In this document: piece after piece, positions 10,380 to 22,520 of the stretch
How positions within the stretch are numbered: position 1 is the stretch's first letter
Layout: every line of letters starts with the position of its first letter
Assembly: GCA_963777605.1 (NCBI GenBank)
Contig: CAVZRV010000030.1
Location: 96,001 to 160,000 of the forward strand
Reading direction: 5' to 3'
Origin: an uncultured Acidobacteriota bacterium
Lineage (GTDB): Bacteria; Acidobacteriota; UBA6911; RPQK01; JAPXNP01
DNA length: 64,000 nucleotides
Notes under the pieces: model-generated
Told to the model about the DNA's origin: nothing
Seen by the model: the letters and a program-made list of their open reading frames with translations, nothing else
Databases searched by the model: none
Made by a program: the position numbers and the translations under genes

Positions 10380-11360
10380 CTACCGGTCAACGAGACTCAT
10401 ATCCGGGTAGCGATTACCCGCCGCGGCGCCCACTGGAAAGACCCGGCTCAGAGCCTCGATTTCTCCGTCGGTGAGGGAAATCTCCGTTGCGGCCAGGTTC
10501 TGCTCCAGGTGGGAGGTCCGCCGGGTGCCCGGAATGGGAACGATGTGATCACTCTGCGCCAGGATCCATGCCAGGGCAACCTGGGCGCAGGTGACCTGCT
10601 TGTCGCGAGCGACGTTCTCGACCTGGCGGACGAGTTCAAGGTTGCGCCCGAAGTTCTTTCCCTGGAACCTCGGATTGGCTCTTCTCCAATCGTCTTCGTC
10701 CAGGTCATCGGGCGACTGGATGGCTCCGGACAGGAACCCGCGTCCGAGTGGGCTGTATGCAACGAAGGTGATTCCGAGTTCCCGGGTGACTTCAAGGTGT
10801 CCCGTTTCCGGGTCGCGGCTCCAAAGTGAGTATTCGGTCTGGAGCGCACTGATCGGGTGAACTGCATAGGCACGGCGAATGGTCCCCGGGTTCGCCTCGG
10901 ACAACCCGACGTGACGAACCTTGCCTTGCCTGACGAGGTCGCTCATCGCCCCGACTGTATCCTCGATGGGGATGTTGGGATCAACGCGATGCTGGTAGTA
11001 GAGGTCGATGTAGTCGGTCTTGAGCCGGCTCAGCGAGTTGTCGCAAGCCTTGCGGATGTATTCCGGGGATCCGTTAATGCCCAGAAACCGGCCGCTCTCG
11101 TCACGAACGATGCCGAACTTCGTGGCCAGCACGACTTTTTCGCGCCGGCCCTCGAGAGCCTTACCCAGCAGTTTTTCGTTGGTAAAGGGGCCATACATGT
11201 CGGCGGTATCGAAGAAGTTGACTCCAAGTTCGATTGCCCGGTGAATGGTTCGAATTGACTCCGCTTCATCCTTCGGGCTGTAGAAATCGGACATGCTCAT
11301 ACACCCCAGGCCGAGTGCGGAAATCGCGGGGCCGTCTTTTCCAAGTTGCCTCATTTTCAT
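10380..11360 (-). CDS. Aldo/keto reductase
   Basis: [48 protein letters not shown] and PIPGT motifs; start at ATG 11360. Confidence 0.95.
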   Translation of the reverse strand: MKMRQLGKDGPAISALGLGCMSMSDFYSPKDEAESIRTIHRAIELGVNFFDTADMYGPFTNEKLLGKALEGRREKVVLATKFGIVRDESGRFLGINGSPEYIRKACDNSLSRLKTDYIDLYYQHRVDPNIPIEDTVGAMSDLVRQGKVRHVGLSEANPGTIRRAYAVHPISALQTEYSLWSRDPETGHLEVTRELGITFVAYSPLGRGFLSGAIQSPDDLDEDDWRRANPRFQGKNFGRNLELVRQVENVARDKQVTCAQVALAWILAQSDHIVPIPGTRRTSHLEQNLAATEISLTDGEIEALSRVFPVGAAAGNRYPDMSLVDR

Positions 11361-11431
11361 GGTCTTGCTCACTTTCTGCGGTTTGAATTCAGGGTGTTGC
11401 GTTCCGAATTCCATTCTATCGACAATCCTGT

Positions 11432-11460
11432 CGGGGTTCCGGGGTTCCGGGGTTCCGGGG
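11432..11460. repeat. Octamer tandem repeat (CGGGGTTC)3.5
   Basis: cggggttc x3 plus cgggg, upstream of the aldo/keto reductase. Confidence 0.85.
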
Positions 11461-11601
11461 CGCAATCAGGGCGGCGCCCAGCATGGTGTGAAATGGACTT
11501 GCCCAGTATGAAGCCGAAGGCGGGATCCTGAGTTATCGCCTAGTCTATTCGATTTGACCCTCCGGGCCGGGCTTTCCCTTTGCCCCGAAACCCCGTTCCT
11601 C

Positions 11602-13095
11602 CTACGGTTTCCCGGGGGCGATTTCGATCGTCTTCTTGGGCTGCGGCTCGTAAGTTTCTTTCATAAGCCGGTCCCACTCCGCGGGGATCTCCGGGGATTC
11701 GGCAATCCTCCCCTGGTCGTTGGTCTCCATGATCCAGGCATCGAGAACAGACGAGAGGCGTTGCTGGATTTCCCGGTAATCGGGCAGTCCGGCCAGGTTG
11801 TGGATCTCGTAGGGGTCGTTCTCGAGGTCATAGAGTTCCTCGGCCGGCCGGGTCAGGTCGAAAAGGCGTTCCTGGACAGGGTCGAGGCGGCCCTCCTGGT
11901 GCAATTCCCGCATCAATGCCAGTACTGGATAGGTCCACTCCTTGTACCGGTTCAATTGCAGGAAAGGACGCTCCGGAAAGTAATTCCTGAGGAAGCGATA
12001 GCGCTCGTCCCGGACCGTGCGGATGCGATCGACTGTCTCGTCTCCTCGGTCACGTCCCCCGAAGACGTACTGGCGCGGCGGAGCGGCTTCATTTCCGAGG
12101 AAGACCCGACCCTGCATGAGCAGCGGGGGGTGGCTGCCGGCAATCGCCAGCGTAGTCGGGGCAAAATCAATCGCCGAGACCAGGCGGGTGCTGACCGCAC
12201 CCGGCGAAAAACCCTCCGGCCGTGGAAAACCTTCCGGCCAGCGGACGATCAGGGGAACGTGCAGGCCGCTCTCGTACGGCCACTGTTTCCCGCGGATCAT
12301 GGCCCGGCCGTTGTCCCCAAAGAAGATGACCACGGTGTTTTCCTCCAGGCCGTCCTGGCGGAGCAGGTCCATGACGAAACCGATTTTCCGGTCCAGCGCC
12401 ATCGCGGCATCCAGGTAGTTGGCCCAGTCCTGGCGGGTAATCGGATCGTCCGGGTAGTAGGGTGGAACGCGGACGAGCTCGGGGTCGGCACGCCTGTCGA
12501 TGTGCTGGGCGGCCTCGTCCCATTCGCGGCCCCGGTGAGTCTCAGAGAAATTGATCTGGGCATAAAACGGTTGATGTGCCGCCAGGTCGGACCAGCGGTC
12601 GGAATCGAACGGCTTTCCTTCGTAGGTGAAGTTCCAGTCCGTCTTGCCGGTACCCCGGTAGAAATGTTCCTCGGGATTGTCGGATAGATGAACGATGTTC
12701 GCGGTGAAGTACCCGATCGATCGCAACCAGTCGGGGAGCGTTCGGACGCCGTCGGGCAGCTGGTAGCCGTCGGAGCGGTGTGACCGGTGGTTTTGGGCGT
12801 CGATTGAGGTCTGGTACATACCGGTCATAAAGGCCGAGCGGCTGGGGGAACAGACTGGAGCCGTCGTGTAGGCCCGAGTATAGAGAACTCCCTCCGAGGC
12901 AATGCGATCCAGGTTCGGGGTCCAGACCTGGGGATGTCCATAGCAGGAAAGTTCAGGTCCCAGATCCTCTGCGATCAACCAGAGAACGTTGGGGCGCCTG
13001 GTGCCGGACTGATCGGGAACCGGTTGCCGGGCTACGGTGAAAGTCACGGACGTAACGAGGACGACGAGCAGGACGGATAATCGAAGGCGCATCAT
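11602..13095 (-). CDS. Exported sulfatase (Cys-type, formylglycine-dependent)
   Basis: Signal peptide, RPNVLWLIAEDL, CSPSRSAxxTG signature, FFGDNG, GKQWPYE and EELYDLENDPYE. Confidence 0.95.
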   Translation of the reverse strand: MMRLRLSVLLVVLVTSVTFTVARQPVPDQSGTRRPNVLWLIAEDLGPELSCYGHPQVWTPNLDRIASEGVLYTRAYTTAPVCSPSRSAFMTGMYQTSIDAQNHRSHRSDGYQLPDGVRTLPDWLRSIGYFTANIVHLSDNPEEHFYRGTGKTDWNFTYEGKPFDSDRWSDLAAHQPFYAQINFSETHRGREWDEAAQHIDRRADPELVRVPPYYPDDPITRQDWANYLDAAMALDRKIGFVMDLLRQDGLEENTVVIFFGDNGRAMIRGKQWPYESGLHVPLIVRWPEGFPRPEGFSPGAVSTRLVSAIDFAPTTLAIAGSHPPLLMQGRVFLGNEAAPPRQYVFGGRDRGDETVDRIRTVRDERYRFLRNYFPERPFLQLNRYKEWTYPVLALMRELHQEGRLDPVQERLFDLTRPAEELYDLENDPYEIHNLAGLPDYREIQQRLSSVLDAWIMETNDQGRIAESPEIPAEWDRLMKETYEPQPKKTIEIAPGKP

Positions 13096-13371
13096 TTGTC
13101 CTGGATCTTAAAGAAGGCCTCGGAATATGGCAACAAGGGCGTCGAAGCGCCTCCCGGTTCAGGGTCCCCCCGGGCTTGGACTATCGGTTGTTCAGAGCGT
13201 TGCAACTCTCCTGGCGATTTGCCTGGGATCAGTGCAAAATAACTGAAGTCTCAAGGGTGCACTGTAGTGCGCCGTTTGATTAGGTATTAGCCGGGTTTGG
13301 GGATGCGAATGGGTGAGCCGGGTTATTCCCGGTTCCGCGCGGAACTCGGCGTTTGAGGAAAGCCTCCTTCG

Positions 13372-13926
13372 GTGAAACCGAAACCGGACGACCAGTCGGA
13401 TCTGTCGAACCTGATGAGCCGCTATCAAGCGGGTGATTCGGCGGCGCCCGAGCAGATCTACCACAGGACGCGGGCCCGGGTGATGTATTACCTGCTTTCG
13501 CGAACGCTGGACAAGTCGTATGCCGAAGATTTATTGCAGGAGACTTTTCTGCAGCTGCACCGTTCCAGGCGGACGTACCGGCCTGGTAGGCCGGTGATGC
13601 CCTGGATTCTCGGGATAGCCCGTCACGTGATGCTGATGAATAGGCGCTCCGAGGCCCGACGGTCCCGGGTCCTGGTCGCCTCCGACGGATCCGAACTTCC
13701 CGAGATTCCCGTGCCGGCCGAGTTGGACCAGTTGGCCGACCGCGAGCTGGTTCAAAAGGCCTTGCGCGAGTTGACTCCCGATCAGCGCGAGGCGCTGGTC
13801 CTTCACTATGTCTGGGGACTAAGCTATCGCGAGATTGGCCGGAGCCTGGGAGTTCTGGCAAATACGGCGAAGTTGAGAGCGTTTCGGGGATTGCAGCAGG
13901 TCAAAGCCATTCTTAAGCGGGTGTAA
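13372..13926 (+). CDS. ECF-type RNA polymerase sigma factor
   Basis: AEDLLQETFL, WILGIARH, and region 4 LTPDQREALVL...LSYREI...NTAKLRAFRG. Confidence 0.93.
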   Translation: MKPKPDDQSDLSNLMSRYQAGDSAAPEQIYHRTRARVMYYLLSRTLDKSYAEDLLQETFLQLHRSRRTYRPGRPVMPWILGIARHVMLMNRRSEARRSRVLVASDGSELPEIPVPAELDQLADRELVQKALRELTPDQREALVLHYVWGLSYREIGRSLGVLANTAKLRAFRGLQQVKAILKRV

Positions 13927-13968
13927 CCGGTTTGCGAAAGCAGGCAAATAGACAACTGGGGAACAAAC

Positions 13969-14655
13969 TTGGGCAGTGAAGGAAACCGAAACGACCGGGT
14001 ACTCAAGGCGCTGAAGCAGGAAATCGGCGACACCTTGTCCCCCGTGCGTCCACTCCAGCCTCCCTGGATCAGAGCTGGCTCGATGACGTTCAGCTGGTTT
14101 CTCTTGCTTGGCCTTACTCTGGTCACGTTCGGGTTGCGAAGGGATTACGCGGAGATCGGCCCCCTCGCTTCCTGGGGCATTTCCGCGCTGCAGTGGCTGG
14201 TCGCCTACGGAGTGGCCTGGAGCGGTCTGCGCCTGGCGGTACCCGGAGACTTGACGCCGGGATCCGGTCGCGCAATGTTGCTTTTCTCCGGGTTCGCGAT
14301 TCATTTTGCCGGGGCCTGGTTGGCCTTTCGGGTGAGTCCCTCGTATGTCGAGCAGGGCCAGGAAGTCCGAATGACGATTGTCTGCTTCGTGTTCATCAGC
14401 CTGCTGGCGCTGCTGCCTCTTGTCCTGTCTATTCGCCTGGCTTCACAGGGTTTGGTGACAGAGTCCGTCCACGCCGGGATCCTGATCGGCCTTTCGGCAG
14501 GCCTGGCCGCCGAGGGGGCTTGGCGGATGCACTGCCCCTACACATCGTGGGAGCATATTTTCAGCGGCCATTCCCCGGCGGTTGTGGCGGTAACCCTGGC
14601 TGGTTTTTTCTGGTTCCGGCGACGTTCCAGGCCGCGGGCCAAGGTCGTGTCGTGA
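13969..14655 (+). CDS. NrsF/DUF1109-like membrane anti-sigma factor
   Basis: Follows the ECF gene; N-terminal 'L.PVRPL.PP' motif, ~6 TM helices, a conserved Cys, and WxxHCP...H...H near the C-terminus. Confidence 0.8.
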   Translation: MGSEGNRNDRVLKALKQEIGDTLSPVRPLQPPWIRAGSMTFSWFLLLGLTLVTFGLRRDYAEIGPLASWGISALQWLVAYGVAWSGLRLAVPGDLTPGSGRAMLLFSGFAIHFAGAWLAFRVSPSYVEQGQEVRMTIVCFVFISLLALLPLVLSIRLASQGLVTESVHAGILIGLSAGLAAEGAWRMHCPYTSWEHIFSGHSPAVVAVTLAGFFWFRRRSRPRAKVVS

Positions 14656-14754
14656 ACTTGAAACTTAACTTTGGATGATTTGGAGAACCTGGAAGATCCG
14701 GATGAACTGAGACTTCGATTTGATGAGTTTGACGACCTGGATAATTCAGACCGT

Positions 14755-15198
14755 TCAGCGACGGCCGCGCACGGGGCCATTGCCCCGGTTGTAGATCCAT
14801 GCGGCCACCAGGGCGGCGAGGACGGTTTCACCCAGCCCCCAGATGATTCCGAACAGCATCAGCCTCCAGGGGAAAATCTTCAGAATTCCCAGCCAGGCGC
14901 AGGTGTAGAGGTACACGGTCAACCACACGGTGAGAGCGGCCTCCAGTACCGACAGCACGCTCGATCCGGTCCGCCGCCGCAAAAGGACAGTCAGCCAGGC
15001 CAGGAACACGCCCAGCAGGATGGTGATCCCTCCCAGCGTGATGCCGGCCGCCGGCCCGATCTGGAGGTTGAGTTCAAAAAGGACCTGCTCCCACTCGGGA
15101 CCCAGGAGTAGGCCGTTCAAAACGGCCTCTCCTGCCACCAGGACGAGTCCCGCGAGGATTCCCGCCCAGACCAGTCGAACCCAATTCAGTTCTTTCAT
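14755..15198 (-). CDS. Hypothetical 4-TM membrane protein
   Basis: 147 aa with four hydrophobic segments; 'NWxRxxxAGxLAG' start. Confidence 0.75.
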   Translation of the reverse strand: MKELNWVRLVWAGILAGLVLVAGEAVLNGLLLGPEWEQVLFELNLQIGPAAGITLGGITILLGVFLAWLTVLLRRRTGSSVLSVLEAALTVWLTVYLYTCAWLGILKIFPWRLMLFGIIWGLGETVLAALVAAWIYNRGNGPVRGRR

Positions 15199-15240
15199 CG
15201 CAGAGCCTGACTTAATCAGTCTGCCAGCGCCGCGCTCCGG

Positions 15241-15837
15241 TTACAATGCCTGCGGCGGCTTTGAGCGGACTGCATTTCGGCGAATCGAAACCGCCCGAGT
15301 CCGGAGTTCGGATGCCATTTGGGCCTTGTCGGTCTGCCGGTAGACGGCGGCCAGGTTTTCCAGACAACTCGCAACTTCGACGTGATCTCTGCCGAAGCGC
15401 TCTTCGACCAGGGGGAGGAGGCATTCAAAGAGAGAGCCGGCCTCGTCGAACTTGCGCTGGTGGAGCAAGAGGATGCCGAGATTGTTCAAGGAGAGAGCAT
15501 GACTCGGGTCGCCGGCCGGCAGCATTTCGTTGCTGACAGCAAGTGCTTTCCGATAGAGCCGCTCGGCATTCTGGTTGGAGCCCGCAAATTCCTGGAAAAG
15601 GTCTCCAAGTTGGTTCAACTTGGAGACTCTACCGGCCGGAGTCGGATCGATTTTGAAGATTGCTTCTTCAGTAGTCCGAAGGAGCGGTTCGATCTGTTCA
15701 AACCGGCGTGCCTGGATGGCCTGGTAGACGACACCGACCCGGGTTTGCCAGGCTCCCTCGATGGTCCAAGGGGAATTGGGCAGAAGGCCGTTCAGCCAGT
15801 AGCCGATTTGGTTCGTGAAGCGAGTTCTCCACCCCAT
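15241..15837 (-). CDS. Tetratricopeptide repeat protein (kinesin light chain-like TPRs)
   Basis: AERLYRKAL, HALSLNNLG and VASCLENLAAVY repeats. Confidence 0.85.
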   Translation of the reverse strand: MGWRTRFTNQIGYWLNGLLPNSPWTIEGAWQTRVGVVYQAIQARRFEQIEPLLRTTEEAIFKIDPTPAGRVSKLNQLGDLFQEFAGSNQNAERLYRKALAVSNEMLPAGDPSHALSLNNLGILLLHQRKFDEAGSLFECLLPLVEERFGRDHVEVASCLENLAAVYRQTDKAQMASELRTRAVSIRRNAVRSKPPQAL

Positions 15838-15945
15838 TGATCCGCCATGTTAGCAGATCCCGGATCGCCGGGAGGAGGACGTGCCGGTTTATGTTTCTTT
15901 CCCGGTGTCCGACAATAGGCCGGGAAAGGAACACCCGGAAACACT

Positions 15946-17808
<1,863 letters not shown>

Positions 17809-17838
17809 CGGATCTGTCGGGTAAGCTATAGAGAATCG

Positions 17839-19500
17839 ATGGTTAGCTTTCTCTTGCACCAGCTTTTGCCCGCTTCTGTTTTCTGGATAGCGGTGCTTTT
17901 CTCGATATCCTCTCTGCCGGCGGCGGATACCAGGCCATCCGGGATCAACCCGTCAAAGTGGCAGGCGCACCTTCGATTTCTTGCCGACGATCGGCTGGCC
18001 GGTCGGGCGGTCGGGACTCCGGGAGCAGAGGAGGCAGCGGACTACATCGCGGATCAGTTGGAGGTCGCCGGCGTTGAGCCGGTGGGGGGCGAAGGGTTCT
18101 TCCAGCGCATTCCAATGCGAGGCGCCCACCCGCTTCGTTCGTCTCGCATGACACTGGTGAGCGGTTTGGACGAAGTCAGGTTGCAACTCGGAACCGACTA
18201 CCTCCTTTATCGCACCGGTGCCCAGACCTACATTACGAACCCGGTGCCTCTGGTCTTTGCTGGTTATGGAATCGTGGCCCCGGAGTACGACTACAACAGC
18301 TATAACGATATTGACGTGGCTGGGAAGATCGTCGTACTGCTGACCGGCGAGCCGTCTTCGACCCGCAATTCCTACTTTGGCGGTCATGCCCGAACGATCT
18401 ACAGCGATCCCGAGGCGAAGCACCGGCTCGCCATTTCACGTGGAGCCCGGGGAACGATCCTGATTCCCGACCCCCGTGACGAGAACCGGCGCAGCTGGGA
18501 ATTCTGGCGAAAAGAATTTTCCTTCGAACAGGTGAGCCTGGCCTACAGTCCGGTGGGTTCGTTCAGTATCCTGATGCGCCCGGAGTCGGCCGGTCGCCTG
18601 TTCGATCAGGCGCGCTATTCACTGCCGGATATCCTGGATCGAGAGAAGTCCGGGGAGATGGTCAGCTTTGACCTGGCTACGCGGCTTTCGTTTCACGGGG
18701 AATTCGAAGAGAGGGAGTTCATCGGCCGAAATGTGATCGGATACCTTCCGGGCAGTCAGCCTGGCCTTCGCGATACCGCCGTTCTGCTGAGCGCCCACTA
18801 CGACGGACTGGGAGTCGGACCTCCGGTCAACGGTGACTCGATCTATAACGGAGCCTTCGACAACGCGGCCGGGGTTGCGGCGCTGCTGGAGATCGCCGGG
18901 GTTTTGGCGGCTCGACCCTCTCGTCCCGCCCGGTCGTTTCTCTTTCTCTTCACGACGGGAGAGGAGAATGGCCTTCTGGGGTCGCTGTTTTACACCGAGC
19001 ACCCGGTCTTTCCCCTCTACCGGACGGTTGCGGCAGTCAACATCGACGGGATTGCGGCTTTCGACACGTTTCAGGATGTGATCGGAGTTGGCAGTCGGCT
19101 CTCGACCTTGGGGGATGTGCTTGACGACACTGCCACGGCAGAGGGGCTCACGGTGACTGCAATTCCCTCCGATCGCGAAAGGACGGAGGCATTCAACAAG
19201 TCGGACCAGGTGGCCTTCGCGGAGGCAGGAGTCCCCTCGATTCTGATTTTGGACGGCCTTCGCAACCGGCATGGCGGTGCGGGTAATGTCCTGGATTGGC
19301 TTCGGGACTGGAATCTGCGGATCTATCACAGTCCCTTCGACGATCTTTCGCAGTCCGTGGATCTGGCTGCGGTGACCCAGCACTGCGACTTCATCCTCTC
19401 GTTTTGTGACCGCCTGGCTCGTATCCCCAAGCCGCCGGAATGGCGTGAAAACGTTGCTTACTCCCAGGTTCGGCTGCAGTCGATCGCGGAACGGCGTTGA
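17839..19500 (+). CDS. M28 family metallopeptidase with PA domain
   Basis: LADDRLAGR, FAGYGI, SAHYD, IYNGAFDNAAG, TGEExGLLGS, NIDG, SDQ and YHSPFDD motifs. Confidence 0.93.
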   Translation: MVSFLLHQLLPASVFWIAVLFSISSLPAADTRPSGINPSKWQAHLRFLADDRLAGRAVGTPGAEEAADYIADQLEVAGVEPVGGEGFFQRIPMRGAHPLRSSRMTLVSGLDEVRLQLGTDYLLYRTGAQTYITNPVPLVFAGYGIVAPEYDYNSYNDIDVAGKIVVLLTGEPSSTRNSYFGGHARTIYSDPEAKHRLAISRGARGTILIPDPRDENRRSWEFWRKEFSFEQVSLAYSPVGSFSILMRPESAGRLFDQARYSLPDILDREKSGEMVSFDLATRLSFHGEFEEREFIGRNVIGYLPGSQPGLRDTAVLLSAHYDGLGVGPPVNGDSIYNGAFDNAAGVAALLEIAGVLAARPSRPARSFLFLFTTGEENGLLGSLFYTEHPVFPLYRTVAAVNIDGIAAFDTFQDVIGVGSRLSTLGDVLDDTATAEGLTVTAIPSDRERTEAFNKSDQVAFAEAGVPSILILDGLRNRHGGAGNVLDWLRDWNLRIYHSPFDDLSQSVDLAAVTQHCDFILSFCDRLARIPKPPEWRENVAYSQVRLQSIAERR

Positions 19501-19510
19501 GAGAACATCG

Positions 19511-20443
19511 ATGAACGGTCGTCACCCACACTCCCCGGTTTCCCGCCAGGAATGGGGGCAGCGATCTGTACCGGCGGGCGTCAGGAGATCGCCGATCAGT
19601 TGGGGCCGGTTTGTCAGGGTACTTCTTGCTGCCGGAGTCCTTTTCCTGTTCGGGAATTGTGCCGGCCGGAACGGACCCGCTGTCGGTGAGGGGCTCCAGC
19701 CTGCCGTCATCCGGATCAGCGGTTCGGACACGATGCTGATCCTCACCCGCCGCTGGGCCGAAGAGTACATGAAGAGGCACCCCGGAGTGTCGGCCTATGT
19801 CTGGGGCGGCGGAACCGCCCGGGGGCTGGAGGCGCTGGCTCGCGGCCGGGTGGATATCGCAGCGGCTTCCAGGCCTTTGGAGCCGCGGGAAGTTCAGATG
19901 CTTGCGGACGTCTTCAAGTCCGTAGGGATCTCGTTTGCTGTTGCCAAGGAGGCGCTGAGTATTTACGTGAACCCCCGGAATCCGATCCGGAACCTGACTC
20001 TTGACCAGATTCGACGAATTTTTTCCGGGGAAGCGGACAACTGGAATGAGTTGGGAGGGGAGGACGCTCCCATCCATGTTCTCCGCAGACCATCATCTTC
20101 GGGAACCTACCTCTACCTGAGGGAGCACGTTCTAAACGGGCAGCCCTATTCGACGGCTGCCGAAGTTGTCGAGGACACGCCGGGTATCGTCCGACGCGTC
20201 GAAGACGATCCCCAGGCCATCGGGTATGGTGGGGTTGCTTACGGGCCGGACCTGCATTGCCGCGTCGAGGGCGTTCTCCCAAGCGAACAGGCGATCCGGG
20301 ACGGGACCTATCCCATTACCCGCTACCTGTTCCTGATTACGACGAATCGGCCGCGCGGAGAGGTCCAGCGGTTTATCGACTGGGCTCAGGGTCCGGCCGG
20401 CCAGGCGGTGGTTCGGGAAGTCGGTTTTGTCGCGCTCTGGTAG
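19511..20443 (+). CDS. PstS-like phosphate-binding periplasmic lipoprotein
   Basis: Lipobox-like LFGNC, ISGSDTM, GGGTxxG, DIAAASR, RRPSSSGT, AIGY and YPITRYL motifs. Confidence 0.88.
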   Translation: MNGRHPHSPVSRQEWGQRSVPAGVRRSPISWGRFVRVLLAAGVLFLFGNCAGRNGPAVGEGLQPAVIRISGSDTMLILTRRWAEEYMKRHPGVSAYVWGGGTARGLEALARGRVDIAAASRPLEPREVQMLADVFKSVGISFAVAKEALSIYVNPRNPIRNLTLDQIRRIFSGEADNWNELGGEDAPIHVLRRPSSSGTYLYLREHVLNGQPYSTAAEVVEDTPGIVRRVEDDPQAIGYGGVAYGPDLHCRVEGVLPSEQAIRDGTYPITRYLFLITTNRPRGEVQRFIDWAQGPAGQAVVREVGFVALW

Positions 20444-20669
20444 CGTCCCGACCACTTGCAGGTCTGGACGTAAGTCTGGTAGCGTTCTCCTTCCAAATCG
20501 ATCATAAGGTCGCTTTCATTCGGAAGGTGATTCGTTTATTTGCGAGGAGATCCGTTGGAAGAACTCCAGGGGGGAGGTTCTTCCAACTCGATTCGGCGCC
20601 GGCTTGAGGTCCGCAATGGCGGTACCGGGACATGCGCCGACGGAGATCTCCGAAAGGAGTTGATTGATC

Positions 20670-22520
20670 ATGGCCCGACGCACGTCGATGCGCCTCGCGA
20701 TAACGGGTTGGGAAAACGGACGCGCTCAGACCGGATTTGGCGTAAAGGTTGGAGGGCTTGCGGCAGTACTGGAAGAACTGCCCGAGGAGTTGATCTCGGC
20801 AGCGGACCGCCTCGGCATCAACCTGGATATCGAATTGCTGACGCCCTGTTTTGCCCACTACGACCGGAGTCAACTCGAACTGGTCGGGGAGCCGATTCCG
20901 GTCCTTCTCGACTACACCCGGTTCGACTTCAAAGTTTATCGTCTGAGGGTTTCACGGAATCTTTCGATGATTTACTTTTGGGACGTGGGGCAGCTCCACT
21001 GGACTAATGCCCGAGCCGTCTATCCCGATGACCCGGAGGTCGGATTCAAGCTGTTTGCTTCCGTCTCCCAGGCAATGGCCGGCTACATCTTGAGGAACCG
21101 GTTTCATACCGTGCACAGCCACGACTACCACGTCGGGCTGATCCCCTTCTATCTCGGCGACGACTACCTGCGCCAGGTGCCACATCATTTCACCATTCAC
21201 AATGCCTCTTACCAGGGGACTTACCCGGTATTCGGAAACGGCTATGAGGCGCTTGGCCGAATCAATCTCCCCGGGGAAGAACTCTTCCACAAGTATTTCG
21301 ACTTCTTCGACAATCTCAACTTCATGAAGGCCGCTGTTATCAAGACGCATGAAGCCGGTGGGTTGGTGACGACGGTCAGTGGAGACCTTGAGGGGACTTG
21401 GGGATACGCAGCGGAACTCAAACAGGATCACGCAACGGTATTGGAACGGGCGAGGCGGCTGAGTCCGACCGGACAGGTGGGGCGGGTCTTCGTGCCCAAC
21501 CGCCACCTTGATATCTTTGAGCACATCCCCATCCATGGAATAACCAACGGGCTTGCCGAAAAGAACCAACCTGAGAACCTGGTTGAGCTGAAATCGGCGT
21601 GGCTCAGGCGTCACAAGGAAAAGTTGCCGGCCGATCGGCCGGTCTTTCGCAATCCTTCGGTCGAGACCGAGATGTTGTCGAAGGATCACAACTTCAGTGC
21701 TGACGACCTGGGGACCAAAGCCGAGGTCAAGCGTTGTCTTCACCTGGAGGCGTTCGGCAGTGAGCCGCCCTCTGACCTGATTTTCGTTGCCGCAGTTGGG
21801 CGGCTGGTCGAGCAGAAACATTTGGGCCTGGTTGCCGATATTGCCGATCGAACCCTTGCCTATGATGGCGGCGTGAAGTTCGTCATCCTGGCGTCCGCTC
21901 CTGATGGCGATTATCAGGGAAAACAGTCCGAGGCCAGGTTCCGCCTTCTCGCCGCCCGGAATCCTGACCGGTTCTTTTACGAGAGTGAGTTCAACCCACC
22001 CCTCTCCAGGCTCATCCTTGCGGGCGGCGACTTCACGCTGATTCCATCGAAGTTCGAGCCGTGCGGGCTGGTTGACTACGAGGCATCCTTGCTTGGGAAC
22101 ATCGTGATTGCCCACCGGACCGGCGGGTTGGCCAAGATGGAGAATTGCGGGTACCTCTACGACTGGTTGGATCAGGCCGACCCCGGTGGAGAGGCGAACG
22201 CCTTTTTCGAACAGGTTCGGAAGGCGATCGACACCTACCGGAACGATCCCGCCCGGCACGCTGCGCTGGTCCTTCGGGCCATGGAGATCGACGCGAGTTG
22301 GGCTCCGTCAGCCGAACAGTATGTCCGCATCTACCGCTACGGACTGCTGTTCCGGGAGTGGGAAAAGAAGCGCGAGTCACTCCTCAAGTCAGTCGACACC
22401 TACTCAAGGAAACTCGTTGAGAAGGAATCTTTGTTCGGCCGGCTGTTCAGCCCGGTCCATCAGGACGTTTTTGATTTTCGCCTCGAAAAGGCTTTCAAGC
22501 GCGATCAGTCTGCCGAGTAG
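20670..22520 (+). CDS. Glycogen/starch synthase-like glycosyltransferase (GT5)
   Basis: KVGGL ADP-glucose motif, HSHDYH, FTIHNxxYQG, GITNG, VGRLVEQK, PSKFEPCGL and TGGL. Confidence 0.88.
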   Translation: MARRTSMRLAITGWENGRAQTGFGVKVGGLAAVLEELPEELISAADRLGINLDIELLTPCFAHYDRSQLELVGEPIPVLLDYTRFDFKVYRLRVSRNLSMIYFWDVGQLHWTNARAVYPDDPEVGFKLFASVSQAMAGYILRNRFHTVHSHDYHVGLIPFYLGDDYLRQVPHHFTIHNASYQGTYPVFGNGYEALGRINLPGEELFHKYFDFFDNLNFMKAAVIKTHEAGGLVTTVSGDLEGTWGYAAELKQDHATVLERARRLSPTGQVGRVFVPNRHLDIFEHIPIHGITNGLAEKNQPENLVELKSAWLRRHKEKLPADRPVFRNPSVETEMLSKDHNFSADDLGTKAEVKRCLHLEAFGSEPPSDLIFVAAVGRLVEQKHLGLVADIADRTLAYDGGVKFVILASAPDGDYQGKQSEARFRLLAARNPDRFFYESEFNPPLSRLILAGGDFTLIPSKFEPCGLVDYEASLLGNIVIAHRTGGLAKMENCGYLYDWLDQADPGGEANAFFEQVRKAIDTYRNDPARHAALVLRAMEIDASWAPSAEQYVRIYRYGLLFREWEKKRESLLKSVDTYSRKLVEKESLFGRLFSPVHQDVFDFRLEKAFKRDQSAE

